From Verrucomicrobia bacterium UBA1200 (GTDB taxonomy: Bacteria > Verrucomicrobiota > Kiritimatiellia > RFP12 > UBA1067), in the NCBI GenBank assembly GCA_002309765.1, contig DBXY01000064.1, positions 67,528 through 131,527 of the forward strand: 64,000 bases of DNA, given 5' to 3'. Below, piece by piece: positions 8,753 through 18,224 of the stretch; the stretch's first letter is position 1; every line of letters begins with the position of its first letter. The notes beneath the pieces are model-generated. The model saw only the letters and a list, made by a program, of their open reading frames with translations, made no database searches and was not told the origin of the DNA. The position numbers were made by a program, and so were the translations under genes.

Positions 8753-11209
8753 TCACGTTCCGTAAATCTGTTTGGCGGCTGCCACCGTGGCCATGGCATC
8801 CTTGGAATAACGGTCCGCTCCAATCTGGCGGGCGAACTCTTCGGTAAGGACCGCGCCGCCCACCACCACCTCAAATTTGAGTCCGGTTCGGGCCTCCGCC
8901 TCGCGCAACAACTTGATGGTGCGTTCCATCCCCACCACGGTGGTGGTCATCAACGCGCTTAAGCCGACCATCCGAATTTTCTGTTCCACCGCCACCTGCA
9001 CAATCCGCTCCGCCGGAACGTTCTTGCCTAGGTCCACCACCGTGAAACCATAGTTTTCCAGCATCGCGGTCACAATGTTTTTGCCGATGTCGTGGATATC
9101 CCCTTCGACCGTGGCCATCAACACCGTACCCTTGGACTCCTGCCGTTCGCCGGAAGCGTCCAAATGACGCTTGATCACCTCAAACGCCTTGGAAACGGTC
9201 TGCGCGCTCAACAACAGCTGAGGCAGGAATTTACGTCCGCTCTCGAAATCGCGGCCCACCCGGTCCAGTGCGGGAATGATGTGGCCGTCCACAATCTCGA
9301 TCGGGAGTTTTCCGTCCTGCAGCAGTTCCGAAACCGCCGCCGTGGCGGCATCGGCGAAACCTTTCACGATTGCCGATTGCAGCGGCGACATCGTTTCGCC
9401 CGGTCCCGATCCGGCGGCAACCGCCGGTTTATCGCCCGACGGACCGACCGCGGCAACGGTTTTCGGCAGGGTGTCGGCGAACTGGATGTATTCCAAACAG
9501 TTTTCGTCGAACGCGGCCACCGCCCGGTAAACCCGGAACGCGGTCATCATCTCGACCGACAGCGGATTGATGATGCCCGCGTCCAAACCGGCAAAAAGCG
9601 CCATACCGAAAAAGTGCGAGTTAATCAAGCCCCGGTTCGGCAAACCGAAGGAGATGTTCGAGACACCAAGCACCGTTTTCAGTCCGGCGTCGCGATACTC
9701 GGATTTCAGCTGCGAAATCGCGCGGAGGGTGGCCATCGCCTCGCGCTGCTGCGAACTGATGGTCAAGGTAAGCGTGTCAACCAGAATGTCATGCGGCTTA
9801 ATGCCGTATTTCGCCGCCTCGGCGATGATTTTGCGGCCGATTGCCACCCGCCCCTCGGCGGTAGGCGGAATGCCGTCCTCGTCCAAACACAGCGCCACCA
9901 CCGTGCCGCCGTACCGCGCCACCAGCGGGAACACCGCGTCCATCACCGCCTGTTTGCCGTTAACCGAGTTAACCAGCGGCTTGCCGTTAACCACCCGCAA
10001 AGCCCGCTCCAGCACCGCCGGTTCGCTGGAGTCGATTTGCAACGGCGTGTCAAAAGTCTGCTGCAACAGTTTCACGGTGTTGACCATCGTGGCGGCTTCA
10101 TCGATACCCGGCACCCCCACGTTAACGTCGAGGATATGCGCGCCGGCGTTGATTTGGGTCTCCGCCTCGTTCAGCACGAACCCGGTGTCGCCCGCCCGCA
10201 ACGCGGCCTGGCAGCGTTTCTTGCCGGTGGGGTTGATCCGCTCCCCGATCACCACCGGCCCCGCGCCTCCGGGCACGTTGCCGATCTCCACCGTCCGGCG
10301 GGAAGAGCAAACCCTGGTTACCGGACGCTGGACCGGGCGGGGCGGCAACTCTTTTGGCATCGCCTGGATCATCGCGGCGATGTGTTCCGGCGTGGTGCCG
10401 CAACAACCGCCGAGAATCCGTACCCCGGCCATAGCGTTCGCGACCTGCTGCCGGGCGAACTCTTCGGGACCGACCTTGAAAACGGTGCGACCGTTTTCAA
10501 CCACCGGAAGCCCGGCGTTGGGTTCTGCCAGTACCGGCAGCGAAGTGGCCGCGCAAAAGGCTTTGGCCAACTTGCCGGAATCTTCCAGCGACCCGCCGCA
10601 GTTGAACCCCAGCGCGTCCACCCGGAGCGATTCCAAGAGCGTTGCGATCGCCAGCGGGTCGGATCCGGTCAAGGTTCTAAGGTCCGGTTCAAAGGCCATC
10701 GAAGCGAAAAGCGGGAGTTTGGTGTTTTCCCGCACCGCAAGCACCGCCGCTTTCATTTCGTACAGGTCGGTCATGGTCTCGATGAAAATGAGATCCGCGC
10801 CAGCCTGCTCCGCCGCGATTGCGGAGGTCTTGAACGCCTCGTAGGCCTCCTCAAAGGGTAGCTTGCCCAGCGGTTGCAGCAACTGCCCCACCGGGCCGAT
10901 GTCCGCCGCCACCAGACATTTGCGACCAACCTCACGGATGGCGCGGCGCACACATTCAACGCCAGAACGGTACACCGCATTGGTATCGAGTCCAAAAGCC
11001 GCAAGTTTCAAAGGGTTCGCGCCAAAAGTGCAAGCGGTCACGATGTCCGACCCCGCCTCGACATAACGGCGGTGGAGTCCGACCAAAAAATCCGGTTGGG
11101 TCAGCGTCAGCTCTTCTGGAACGCTGAACCCGGTTATTCCGGCGGCCTGGATTAAGGTGCCTTGCCCGCCGTCAAGATAAACGGGCCGGTTTAATTCGGG
11201 AAATAACAT
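8753..11209 (-). CDS. metH: Cobalamin-dependent methionine synthase, short form without the AdoMet reactivation domain
   Basis: Hcy-methyltransferase domain with GGCCGTTPEHI. Pterin-binding domain (IGERINPTGKK). B12-binding domain with DIHDIGKN (DxHxxG), SALMTTT and GGA. The protein ends right after the B12 domain. ATG 11209 is preferred over the upstream TTG at 11230. Confidence 0.85.
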   Translation of the reverse strand: MLFPELNRPVYLDGGQGTLIQAAGITGFSVPEELTLTQPDFLVGLHRRYVEAGSDIVTACTFGANPLKLAAFGLDTNAVYRSGVECVRRAIREVGRKCLVAADIGPVGQLLQPLGKLPFEEAYEAFKTSAIAAEQAGADLIFIETMTDLYEMKAAVLAVRENTKLPLFASMAFEPDLRTLTGSDPLAIATLLESLRVDALGFNCGGSLEDSGKLAKAFCAATSLPVLAEPNAGLPVVENGRTVFKVGPEEFARQQVANAMAGVRILGGCCGTTPEHIAAMIQAMPKELPPRPVQRPVTRVCSSRRTVEIGNVPGGAGPVVIGERINPTGKKRCQAALRAGDTGFVLNEAETQINAGAHILDVNVGVPGIDEAATMVNTVKLLQQTFDTPLQIDSSEPAVLERALRVVNGKPLVNSVNGKQAVMDAVFPLVARYGGTVVALCLDEDGIPPTAEGRVAIGRKIIAEAAKYGIKPHDILVDTLTLTISSQQREAMATLRAISQLKSEYRDAGLKTVLGVSNISFGLPNRGLINSHFFGMALFAGLDAGIINPLSVEMMTAFRVYRAVAAFDENCLEYIQFADTLPKTVAAVGPSGDKPAVAAGSGPGETMSPLQSAIVKGFADAATAAVSELLQDGKLPIEIVDGHIIPALDRVGRDFESGRKFLPQLLLSAQTVSKAFEVIKRHLDASGERQESKGTVLMATVEGDIHDIGKNIVTAMLENYGFTVVDLGKNVPAERIVQVAVEQKIRMVGLSALMTTTVVGMERTIKLLREAEARTGLKFEVVVGGAVLTEEFARQIGADRYSKDAMATVAAAKQIYGT

Positions 11210-11416
11210 GGCAACTCGCTTTCTTCGCAATCGCGTGATTTGAATTTAATCAAAAACCGACCCAAAAATCAAGGTCAATCGAAACGGGCAAATTAGCATA
11301 AAACATAATAATAAAGCTAAATTCCTCTGTTACTTTTATAGGACAACGGTTTTTATCTCGCGCAGAGACGCAGAGGCGCGGAGAAAAAGTATTTGTCTGG
11401 TTTTACGTAAAGATAA

Positions 11417-12031
11417 TTAGCCATTTTCATCAGAATACACAAGGCGATTTGATTTCTCTTTTATGGAGTTATCCTTAAAAAGAGCCTCTACTAAGTTGGA
11501 AACGTCCTGTTCGGAAAGTTTTTTCATAAACAATGCTGCAATATGGCTTGACAATGTTTTTCGTGATCTGGGGCGGGGAGCATTAGGTTTTAACAAACGA
11601 TTTTTAACAAAATCTATTTGTTCCGTAAATGATTTTGATATAACTGTGGATTGAATCAATGCAGGAATGTCTTCGATTTTCGTCACGCGATCAGCAAAGA
11701 CATGTTCTTGTTTCTTCAAATGCTCAATAAGAGGATCAAATCCTGCGTCATTTGATACGATGTGAAAAAAAGCTACGTTTTCAAGATCTTTAGCCGAAAT
11801 ACGACCAATATAATATGCTATGTGAAAATCAAGTGCATTGTGGCCTATCCCCGACATTTCGATATATTGAGCACGGGCTGCCATTTTCTGCATTGCTTTT
11901 ACTATAGAAAAAGGAATTTTTGTCTGATTCTTTCCGACAAATAATAAAACCCTTATCCATTCCTGATCTAATAAATCAAGGTTTTCTGGCGTAACATTCT
12001 CATAGTCAATCAACACATAATTAATTCTCAT
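11417..12031 (-). CDS. PIN/NYN-like nuclease-fold protein with a small C-terminal helical domain
   Basis: MRINYVLIDYENV...LLFVG...HIVSNDAGFDPLIEHL is the acidic-residue pattern of PIN-like/NYN domains. ATG 12031 is preceded by GAAGGGA. The gene lies in an AT-rich islet. Confidence 0.5.
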   Translation of the reverse strand: MRINYVLIDYENVTPENLDLLDQEWIRVLLFVGKNQTKIPFSIVKAMQKMAARAQYIEMSGIGHNALDFHIAYYIGRISAKDLENVAFFHIVSNDAGFDPLIEHLKKQEHVFADRVTKIEDIPALIQSTVISKSFTEQIDFVKNRLLKPNAPRPRSRKTLSSHIAALFMKKLSEQDVSNLVEALFKDNSIKEKSNRLVYSDENG

Positions 12032-12332
12032 TTTTATCCCTTCTATCAAACACAAAGAAGATAAGAAGTTTCGTAACCACAGGGTTGCGTTTTTGAATAT
12101 GACAATTACTCAAAAACAAAGTGGTATGTTAGAAAAAAATGAGCGGGGAATCAATGAAAAGTTCCGGGTTCGGGATGTTTTTTCTGCCGTAAACAACTAT
12201 AAACAAATCCATAATACTGGGTTTATCTCTATTCTTCAACAGCGACACACGAATATTATAATAAAAACAACTAAAACAACCACAAGTACAACTGGTCTAT
12301 GGTGCACGGGCTAACTCACCCGTGCTCGGTAC

Positions 12333-12761
12333 TCATTCAATGAATTGTTTTCCATCTGAATTTATTATTCCGTGTAGTTCTGCATCGTAAAAGTACCGCT
12401 CAATAACGGCGAACTTCGGAAAGAAGTTACTATTATTCCACATGGCATTCCGAGTAACCTCAATATAGTTGAATAGTTGCGCCCTGTGCGTTGGTGACAA
12501 CACCGATACGGATTTACATTCCACAATGACATCTCCCTTACACAAGAAATCCAAGCGAAACTCAGCCGTCATGGCATGACCCTTGTATATTGGATGGAAG
12601 GTCTTTTCCCGTTCAAAGGGGATACTTCTGTCAGACAGTTCGATTTCAAGTGCCTCCTGATAACAATACTCGTTAATACCTGGTCAAAGTTCTTTATGGA
12701 CTGTGTGTAATGCTCCAATGACGTCATAGATATGTTCTTTCAGTTTCTTTGTATCTATCAT
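12333..12761 (-). pseudogene. GxxExxY-family (PD-(D/E)xK nuclease-like) gene interrupted by one in-frame TGA
   Basis: ATG 12761-12759 is preceded by AGGAGG. Hand translation gives MIDTKKLKEHIYDVIGALHTVHKEL*PGINEYCYQEALEIELSDRSIPFEREKTFHPIYKGHAMTAEFRLDFLCKGDVIVECKS. The stop is TGA at 12686-12684. The ORF-track entry 12333..12572 is only the downstream part of the same frame. Confidence 0.7.
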
Positions 12762-12941
12762 GCGTCACCTCCTTCAATGATTGATGCCGAAATTATATCA
12801 CAATATCATCACCAATGGCTACAGCAATCTTAAAAAATACGCGAGCGTGTTAGCCCGCGTACAATGCGATATTGTTCTTGAAGTTGTTCAAGTTGTTTTC
12901 TATAACAATTAGTGAATTATGGAGTTGCTGACGTTTGGCTA

Positions 12942-12970
12942 TTGCCGTAATGGCGCGGCTTTGCTATAAT
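12942..12970 (+). promoter_or_regulatory. Candidate sigma-70 promoter for the YfhO-like gene
   Basis: TTGCCG (12942-12947), 17-nt spacer, extended -10 TGcTATAAT (12962-12970). Confidence 0.4.
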
Positions 12971-13022
12971 TGCGGGCGTTCAAAACAAATGCGGGATGTT
13001 ATATCCGCTGGCGGGAGCAAGG

Positions 13023-15479
13023 ATGAAAAGAAAAATTGGTTGGCCGGCCGGGTTGGTCGGTGTGCTTTTTGTGCTGGAGATGCTACTGGTGTTCGGCAAT
13101 ACCCTATTGCCGGATTGGGTGACCTTCTCACCCGACTGCACAAAATTTTTTACCCCAGACTGGTTCATCAGTTGGTGGGACGGGGTGTTGACCGGACATG
13201 ACTCGCTGCACCCGTTCACGCTGATGAATTTTCTCGGCCACCCGTTGTGGCGGCGCGAACTGCTGTTTATCCTCAGCACGTTCGGCGGCGGACTCGGGGT
13301 TGCCTATTATCTGCGTACCCAAAAGCTCGACTCTCTGGCGGCTTTGGGCGGGGGGCTTTTCTTTTCTCTCTGCGGCTACTCCTTCACCCTGTTCTGCGCG
13401 GGCCACGCCGGATATTTTGAACTTATCTCCTGCGGAATGTTCGCGTTCGGGCTGCTGGCGAAATGCTTTGACGGCGGCAAACCCATCCACTATGTTCTTT
13501 TGGGCGCGGTAATGGCGTGGTCGGAGGTTCGCCAGCCAGATGTCTGGTTCATCTTTATGCTGCTGCTCGGCGCCTACGGTTTGTGGCGCACTTTCCGCTG
13601 GTGGCGCGAACGGCACGATTGCGGATGTTTTAAAACCGTTTACCCGAAACTGTTGCTCACCGCGTTGACAGTGGCGGTGATTGGCGGGGAACAAATCCGG
13701 ACCGCGCTCACCGCCCAGCTCGACGCGCGCAAACAGCAAATGTCCGGGGTGCAGAAATCCGACGCCGCCGCACCAAAGACAAGCGAAGAGAACTGGATTT
13801 TCGCGACTAACTGGAGTCTGCCGCCGGAGGATATTCTGGAGTTCGCCGCGCCCGGCGTTTTCGGCGATTGCTCTTTCAACCCCCCGAATCCGTACTGGGG
13901 ACGGCTAGGACGCCCGGTGGATTATAAACCCGGCAGTCAAATGCCGAACTACCGCCAACACACCGTGTACCTCGGCATTGCCACCATTCTGCTGGCACTG
14001 GCGGCATTCTGGAGAAAAAAATCCGTCCGCGACCCCGAGTGCGGCGAATCCGCGCCGTGTTTTTCCGATGCGCCGTTCTGGGCGGGCGCGGCGGTGGTTG
14101 CCACCTTGTTCGCGCTGGGACGCTTCACCCCGGCTTACCGGCTGTTCTACTCGCTTCCATACATGAACTTCATCCGCTGTCCGGTGAAGTTCCACCATCT
14201 CACCGAACTTGCGGTGTGCGTGTTGGCGGGCTTCGGACTGCAACGGTACCTCGCTGCCGCCAAAGCTGATGAACCGGAACGCGCGGCGTTTGTTAAACAT
14301 TTGTTTGCCATTGCGACCGGACTGGCGGTTTTGCTTTTGGCCGGAGCAATAGTCGGCGGCGCGGCAACAAAAACCTTTGCCGGGAAAATCTCCCAATTGG
14401 GCGTCACCAACGACAGCGCGTCGCTCGCAAAGTGTTTCCCGGTAAATTGTGCGCGGTCGCTCGCGTTTTTGGGCACGGTGTTCGGTGCCATGTGCCTCGG
14501 GTTGCGCCGTCCAGGAAAAACCGTTGCCACGGTTTGTCTGGCCATGCCGGTGGTTCTCGGTTCGCTGGATCTCGCGCTGGTGGCCAAACGCTACATTCAG
14601 CCTCGAAATGTCACGCAGCATTACAGCGAAAATGTTCTGATCGCTAAAATGCACGAAATCACCAAAGGCAAACCCGCTAAAATCGCCAATTTCGTTACCT
14701 CCGGCGGTTTCGATCAGGACTGGTTCGGCGCGTCGCTGTTCATCAATGGATACGATAATGTCCTGATGCCGAACGAAGAAACCCAAAAGACCGTTTTAAG
14801 CCTTTACCAAAAATTCCAGAGCAATCCAGCGGCACTCTGTTCCGCCCTGGGAGCGGAATTGGCTCTGTTCCCGGTAAAAGCCGGATTTTTCCAGATCAAC
14901 ACGAGCGTGGAGCCGCTGTTCTTCTTCAATATCCGCCGCGGCCGAGACGGGTTCAAGATTGACGAAGCCAAAGCGCCCGCGCAGGATACGCTGGCACTGG
15001 GCAGGCCAAAGCCGAACACTTCCCTGCCCACCCTTTATCCGGTTTGGCACGGCGCGGTCGAACCTGATCGGCAACTTGACGATATGATTTCCGGATTTGA
15101 CGGACGCCCTTATTCCAACGCGCCGGCAAGTTCCGGCGAATCGTCGGGAGGGGGCTTGGCGGTTAAATTGGACGCCTACCGCGGACAAACCGGGGTTCGC
15201 ACCACCCGGGGTACGGTAAACAACACCGGCAACTCCGACCGGCTGCTGGTGTTCGGTGACCGTTACTCATCTGAACTGGCCGCCACCGTGGACGGAAAAC
15301 CAACCCCGGTTTACCTCGCCAACAACCTCTGGGCGGCCATAACGGTGCCGCCGGGCAAACACCAGATAGCCTTAGCGCCGCGCATCGCGCCACTGGCCGT
15401 GGCCGGGGCGGTGGTCAGCGCACTGTTGATGGCGGTAATGGTCGGACTGGGAATCAGAAAGGTTCTGCGCCATGAGTGA
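13023..15479 (+). CDS. YfhO-like polytopic membrane protein (GT-C-type glycosylation enzyme candidate)
   Basis: About 818 aa. Many N-terminal TM helices, a large extracytoplasmic domain and one final TM (IAPLAVAGAVVSALLMAVMVGLGI) match the YfhO topology. ATG 13023 is preceded by GGGAG. Confidence 0.55.
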   Translation: MKRKIGWPAGLVGVLFVLEMLLVFGNTLLPDWVTFSPDCTKFFTPDWFISWWDGVLTGHDSLHPFTLMNFLGHPLWRRELLFILSTFGGGLGVAYYLRTQKLDSLAALGGGLFFSLCGYSFTLFCAGHAGYFELISCGMFAFGLLAKCFDGGKPIHYVLLGAVMAWSEVRQPDVWFIFMLLLGAYGLWRTFRWWRERHDCGCFKTVYPKLLLTALTVAVIGGEQIRTALTAQLDARKQQMSGVQKSDAAAPKTSEENWIFATNWSLPPEDILEFAAPGVFGDCSFNPPNPYWGRLGRPVDYKPGSQMPNYRQHTVYLGIATILLALAAFWRKKSVRDPECGESAPCFSDAPFWAGAAVVATLFALGRFTPAYRLFYSLPYMNFIRCPVKFHHLTELAVCVLAGFGLQRYLAAAKADEPERAAFVKHLFAIATGLAVLLLAGAIVGGAATKTFAGKISQLGVTNDSASLAKCFPVNCARSLAFLGTVFGAMCLGLRRPGKTVATVCLAMPVVLGSLDLALVAKRYIQPRNVTQHYSENVLIAKMHEITKGKPAKIANFVTSGGFDQDWFGASLFINGYDNVLMPNEETQKTVLSLYQKFQSNPAALCSALGAELALFPVKAGFFQINTSVEPLFFFNIRRGRDGFKIDEAKAPAQDTLALGRPKPNTSLPTLYPVWHGAVEPDRQLDDMISGFDGRPYSNAPASSGESSGGGLAVKLDAYRGQTGVRTTRGTVNNTGNSDRLLVFGDRYSSELAATVDGKPTPVYLANNLWAAITVPPGKHQIALAPRIAPLAVAGAVVSALLMAVMVGLGIRKVLRHE

Positions 15480-16266
15480 GGAAAAACATCCCGACATCAC
15501 CGTGCTGGTTGCGTCCTGCGACAAATACTCCGACGTTTGGGAGCCGTTTTCCGCATTGTGGAGAAAGTACTGGCCGGATTGCCCATACGAGGTAGCGCTT
15601 GCCACCGAAAGCCCTTGCGACACCCGGCCCGAATTGTGTTTCAACCGGATAATTCCCTGTACCCGCGAAATGAACTGGGGAAAATTCATCTCCACCGCGC
15701 TAAAAGAAATCCACACCTCGCACGTGATCTTGCTGTGCGACGATTATTTTCTTTGCGACCGCGTTGACACCGAACGTATCGCATCGCTGCTCGAATCGGC
15801 GGAAAAGAACCACATTGGATACCTGCCGATGATTCAGGCGGCGGAGTACCGTCCAGTGTTTGAACCCGATCCGCGTCTGGCGATTTACGAAAAAGGGCAA
15901 GCCTATTGTATCGCGCTTCAGGCTGGCATTTGGAATCTGGAGTTTCTGAAATTTTTGGCCGGGCAGTATTTTCCCAGCATTTGGGCGTTCGAACGCAAAG
16001 GTTCGTTCAAGGCGGCGGAGTCAGACTTTGTGCTAGCGGGGACGCGGCAATCGGCTTTTCCGTTCGAGGATTGCGTACACAAGGGACGGTGGGAGCCGGT
16101 GGGGGTACGTCTTTGCGAGCGTAACGGCATCAAGCTCGATTTCGCCCGGCGGGGGCGGTTGAGCGAGTGGCAGCAGGCGAAAAAACACTTGAAGGGCGCG
16201 ATTTTGAATCTCAACCCCACACTGGTGGTTAAACTGCAAAACCTGTTGCACCTCGGCAAACAGTGA
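15472..16266 (+). CDS. Conserved hypothetical protein of polysaccharide-biosynthesis loci
   Basis: 264 aa. The N-terminus ITVLVASCDKYSDVWEPFSALWRKYWPDCPY resembles proteins I remember from capsule and teichoic-acid loci. The start overlaps the upstream stop (ATGAGTGA, 15472-15479). Confidence 0.5.
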   Translation: MSEEKHPDITVLVASCDKYSDVWEPFSALWRKYWPDCPYEVALATESPCDTRPELCFNRIIPCTREMNWGKFISTALKEIHTSHVILLCDDYFLCDRVDTERIASLLESAEKNHIGYLPMIQAAEYRPVFEPDPRLAIYEKGQAYCIALQAGIWNLEFLKFLAGQYFPSIWAFERKGSFKAAESDFVLAGTRQSAFPFEDCVHKGRWEPVGVRLCERNGIKLDFARRGRLSEWQQAKKHLKGAILNLNPTLVVKLQNLLHLGKQ

Positions 16267-16273
16267 GGCGAAC

Positions 16274-17053
16274 GTGACTTTAAAAGAGTGGCAGCAAAAA
16301 AACTTGCCGCAACTGCGGATAACCCGGTTCGAACCCGCTAAACACGCTGGGGTTACGCTGGTTTGCTATCTTTTTCCGCCGCCGGACCGCGAACGAGAGT
16401 TTTTAGAAGGCATCGAATGCGCGCTGCTGCAAAGCTGGAAAGTGTTGGGTCAACTGCCCGCCGTATTGGTGGCCAGCCACCGTTTCCCGGAACTGGACGA
16501 AATGGTGGCGGCCCGACCGCAAATCGAGCTTCAGGTCGAGCCGACGCTCACGCCGGGCAGCATCCGCTCCATGTCGCTGGACTGTATCACCAAACTTGCG
16601 GACCGTTTCAGCACTGAATACTGCCTGGTCATCCAAAACGACGGTTTCCCGTTGCGCGACACATTGTCGGATTTTCTCGGCAAATGGGATTACATCGGCG
16701 CTCCTGCGAACGTCGGCTGGCGGCGAAGATTTTTATTCAAGCCCTTTGGCGTTCAAACCCTTAATGGCGGATTTTCGCTGCGTTCGCGCAAAATCTGCCG
16801 GGCGGCGGCGGCGGCGTGGCGGCTTTGGGGCCGCTGGCTGATCGGCCCGCGGGGACGGCTTTTCGCGGAAGACGTCTTTTACACCACCACCGCAAAGTTT
16901 TTCTGCCTGCGCTACCGGTTCGCGCACCGATTCCCTAACACAGCGGAAGCTAGGCGGTTCGCCTATGACGACCTTTCGCGCCACATGGATCTCCCGCCGT
17001 CGGAGGCTCCGTTCGGTTTCCACGGCACCACCACCGCCGAACATTATCTATAA
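16274..17053 (+). CDS. DUF5672-like protein (putative glycan-modifying enzyme)
   Basis: 259 aa with a GTG start 8 bp after the previous stop. The motifs DYIGAP, NGGFSLRSR, AEDVFY and PFGFHG resemble DUF5672, judged from memory. Confidence 0.45.
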   Translation: MTLKEWQQKNLPQLRITRFEPAKHAGVTLVCYLFPPPDREREFLEGIECALLQSWKVLGQLPAVLVASHRFPELDEMVAARPQIELQVEPTLTPGSIRSMSLDCITKLADRFSTEYCLVIQNDGFPLRDTLSDFLGKWDYIGAPANVGWRRRFLFKPFGVQTLNGGFSLRSRKICRAAAAAWRLWGRWLIGPRGRLFAEDVFYTTTAKFFCLRYRFAHRFPNTAEARRFAYDDLSRHMDLPPSEAPFGFHGTTTAEHYL

Positions 17054-17221
17054 ATGCCCCAGGCCTTCAGCCTGTCTTGTCTTCTCTCGCGCTTCCTTGC
17101 TTCCATATAACGATTCATTCTCGCATGACGCACCCGCATATATATATTGATCAAAATGTCAATGTGCCAAACCACTAGTTTTTATTGACCGAAGTATAGA
17201 GATTTCTCTTCGCTTTATCTT

Positions 17222-17845
17222 TTAACTGATTATAAGATCGCGAACAGCGGCGCGTATGCGGCTTTTAGCTTCTTCCCAGTTAAACGGAATCAACATTTTC
17301 GGCATGGGCATCGTTTCTGCATCGGCGAAATAGGAAAGGCTTCGTATCGCCAATGCTGGATTCGCCGCTGGATACTTCTCTCGATACCATGCGAAAATGT
17401 CCTTAAGCGAATAATCGTCAAGCAAGCGCGCCATATCGACAAAGTCCTTGCGCGTTCCGCGATTAGTTATCGCATGGACTTTCATCGCGGCAATGTCTCG
17501 GACTCCTGCCAGACAAACTCCAGCTGTTTCTACGGGCGGTTCCAGCCATGCGTATATATCGTATGACACGCAATCCACCTTCACACCGTTAATGTAGAAG
17601 AACGCCATTTTCCCGTCAGGCGTTCCGCTCGCCTTCTCCGTTTTCCCAATTGCAGAAAATTCATTACTCAAATCTTCGGTACAGTTCAGTTTGCCGAAGA
17701 TGTCCAAGTCCACACTAATGCGGTGGCCCAACTGAAGAGCAAGCGCCGTGCCGCCGACAAGTCTTGTTTCCGCAAGTACCGGAAGTGCTTGAAGTTGCTT
17801 GAGGAGGGAAAGCGTATCGGGATCTATCGCATTGAGGAATAGCAT
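17222..17845 (-). CDS. Nucleotidyltransferase AbiEii/AbiGii-family toxin
   Basis: MLFLNAIDPDTLSLLKQLQALPVLAETRLVGGTALALQLGHRISVDLDIF is the typical N-terminus of the family. ATG 17845 is preceded by GAGGAA. Confidence 0.8.
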   Translation of the reverse strand: MLFLNAIDPDTLSLLKQLQALPVLAETRLVGGTALALQLGHRISVDLDIFGKLNCTEDLSNEFSAIGKTEKASGTPDGKMAFFYINGVKVDCVSYDIYAWLEPPVETAGVCLAGVRDIAAMKVHAITNRGTRKDFVDMARLLDDYSLKDIFAWYREKYPAANPALAIRSLSYFADAETMPMPKMLIPFNWEEAKSRIRAAVRDLIIS

Positions 17846-18099
17846 CTGAATGTTTCCTCTTTGACGTTTCCAAGGCAAGCGGCAAAAGCTAGCGTCACGG
17901 GATCGAGCGAACGAATCTGCTGGGCTTCGGCAATCATGAAAGGCAAGGTGTAATGGGCGATTGTCGCCTTGATGTCTTCAAGGTTTCCGCGCTCCAGCAC
18001 TCGTTGTATCACATATCGGCAATGCGCGTGGTCATCAATTGTCTCGGGATCAACATCCCAAAACAACCGTTGTGACAGACTTCTGATAAACTTGCTCAT
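17824..18099 (-). CDS. DUF6922-like small protein, candidate cognate antitoxin
   Basis: 91 aa. LFWDVDPETIDDHAHCRYVIQRVLERGNLEDI...ETFRCY matches the pattern of the small partner found upstream of AbiEii genes. It overlaps the toxin start by 22 nt. Confidence 0.6.
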   Translation of the reverse strand: MSKFIRSLSQRLFWDVDPETIDDHAHCRYVIQRVLERGNLEDIKATIAHYTLPFMIAEAQQIRSLDPVTLAFAACLGNVKEETFRCYSSMR

Positions 18100-18224
18100 A
18101 TTATTCTCACCTTCAAGTTCATGGCACAGCCACCTTAAACAAAAACGTTAAACATTTTCGCATCTTCAGCTTCAAAAGTCAATAAAACTGAGGTACAGCG
18201 AGAAATTTCTCCCTAATTCGTAAA

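Noticed and set aside
9092-10861. 589-aa and 425-aa plus-strand ORFs opposite metH
   Set aside because: They mirror a well-supported minus-strand gene. Translations are Arg/Gly/Pro/His-rich low-complexity with no domain motifs and no SD. This is the usual antisense-ORF artefact of GC-rich coding DNA.
11210-11416. Cobalamin or SAM riboswitch in the metH leader
   Set aside because: No B12-box-like or SAM-I core sequence was recognised by eye. Only a bulged hairpin at about 11356-11385, which may terminate the PIN-like gene. An Rfam scan is needed to be sure.
12093-12314. 73-aa plus-strand ORF in the AT-rich islet
   Set aside because: No SD, a low-complexity Thr/Lys/Asn-rich tail and no recognisable motif. 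It is probably non-coding spacer.
12684-12686. Host-wide reassignment of TGA (genetic code 25 or 4)
   Set aside because: Several well-supported host genes in the window terminate at TGA at the expected protein ends, for example 7776-7778, 15477-15479 and 16264-16266. Only a donor-lineage explanation remains possible, and it is listed as a low-probability alternative in the findings.
16321-16340. tRNA T-arm-like CGGTTCGAACCCG
   Set aside because: It lies inside a coding frame, with no acceptor, D or anticodon arms around it.
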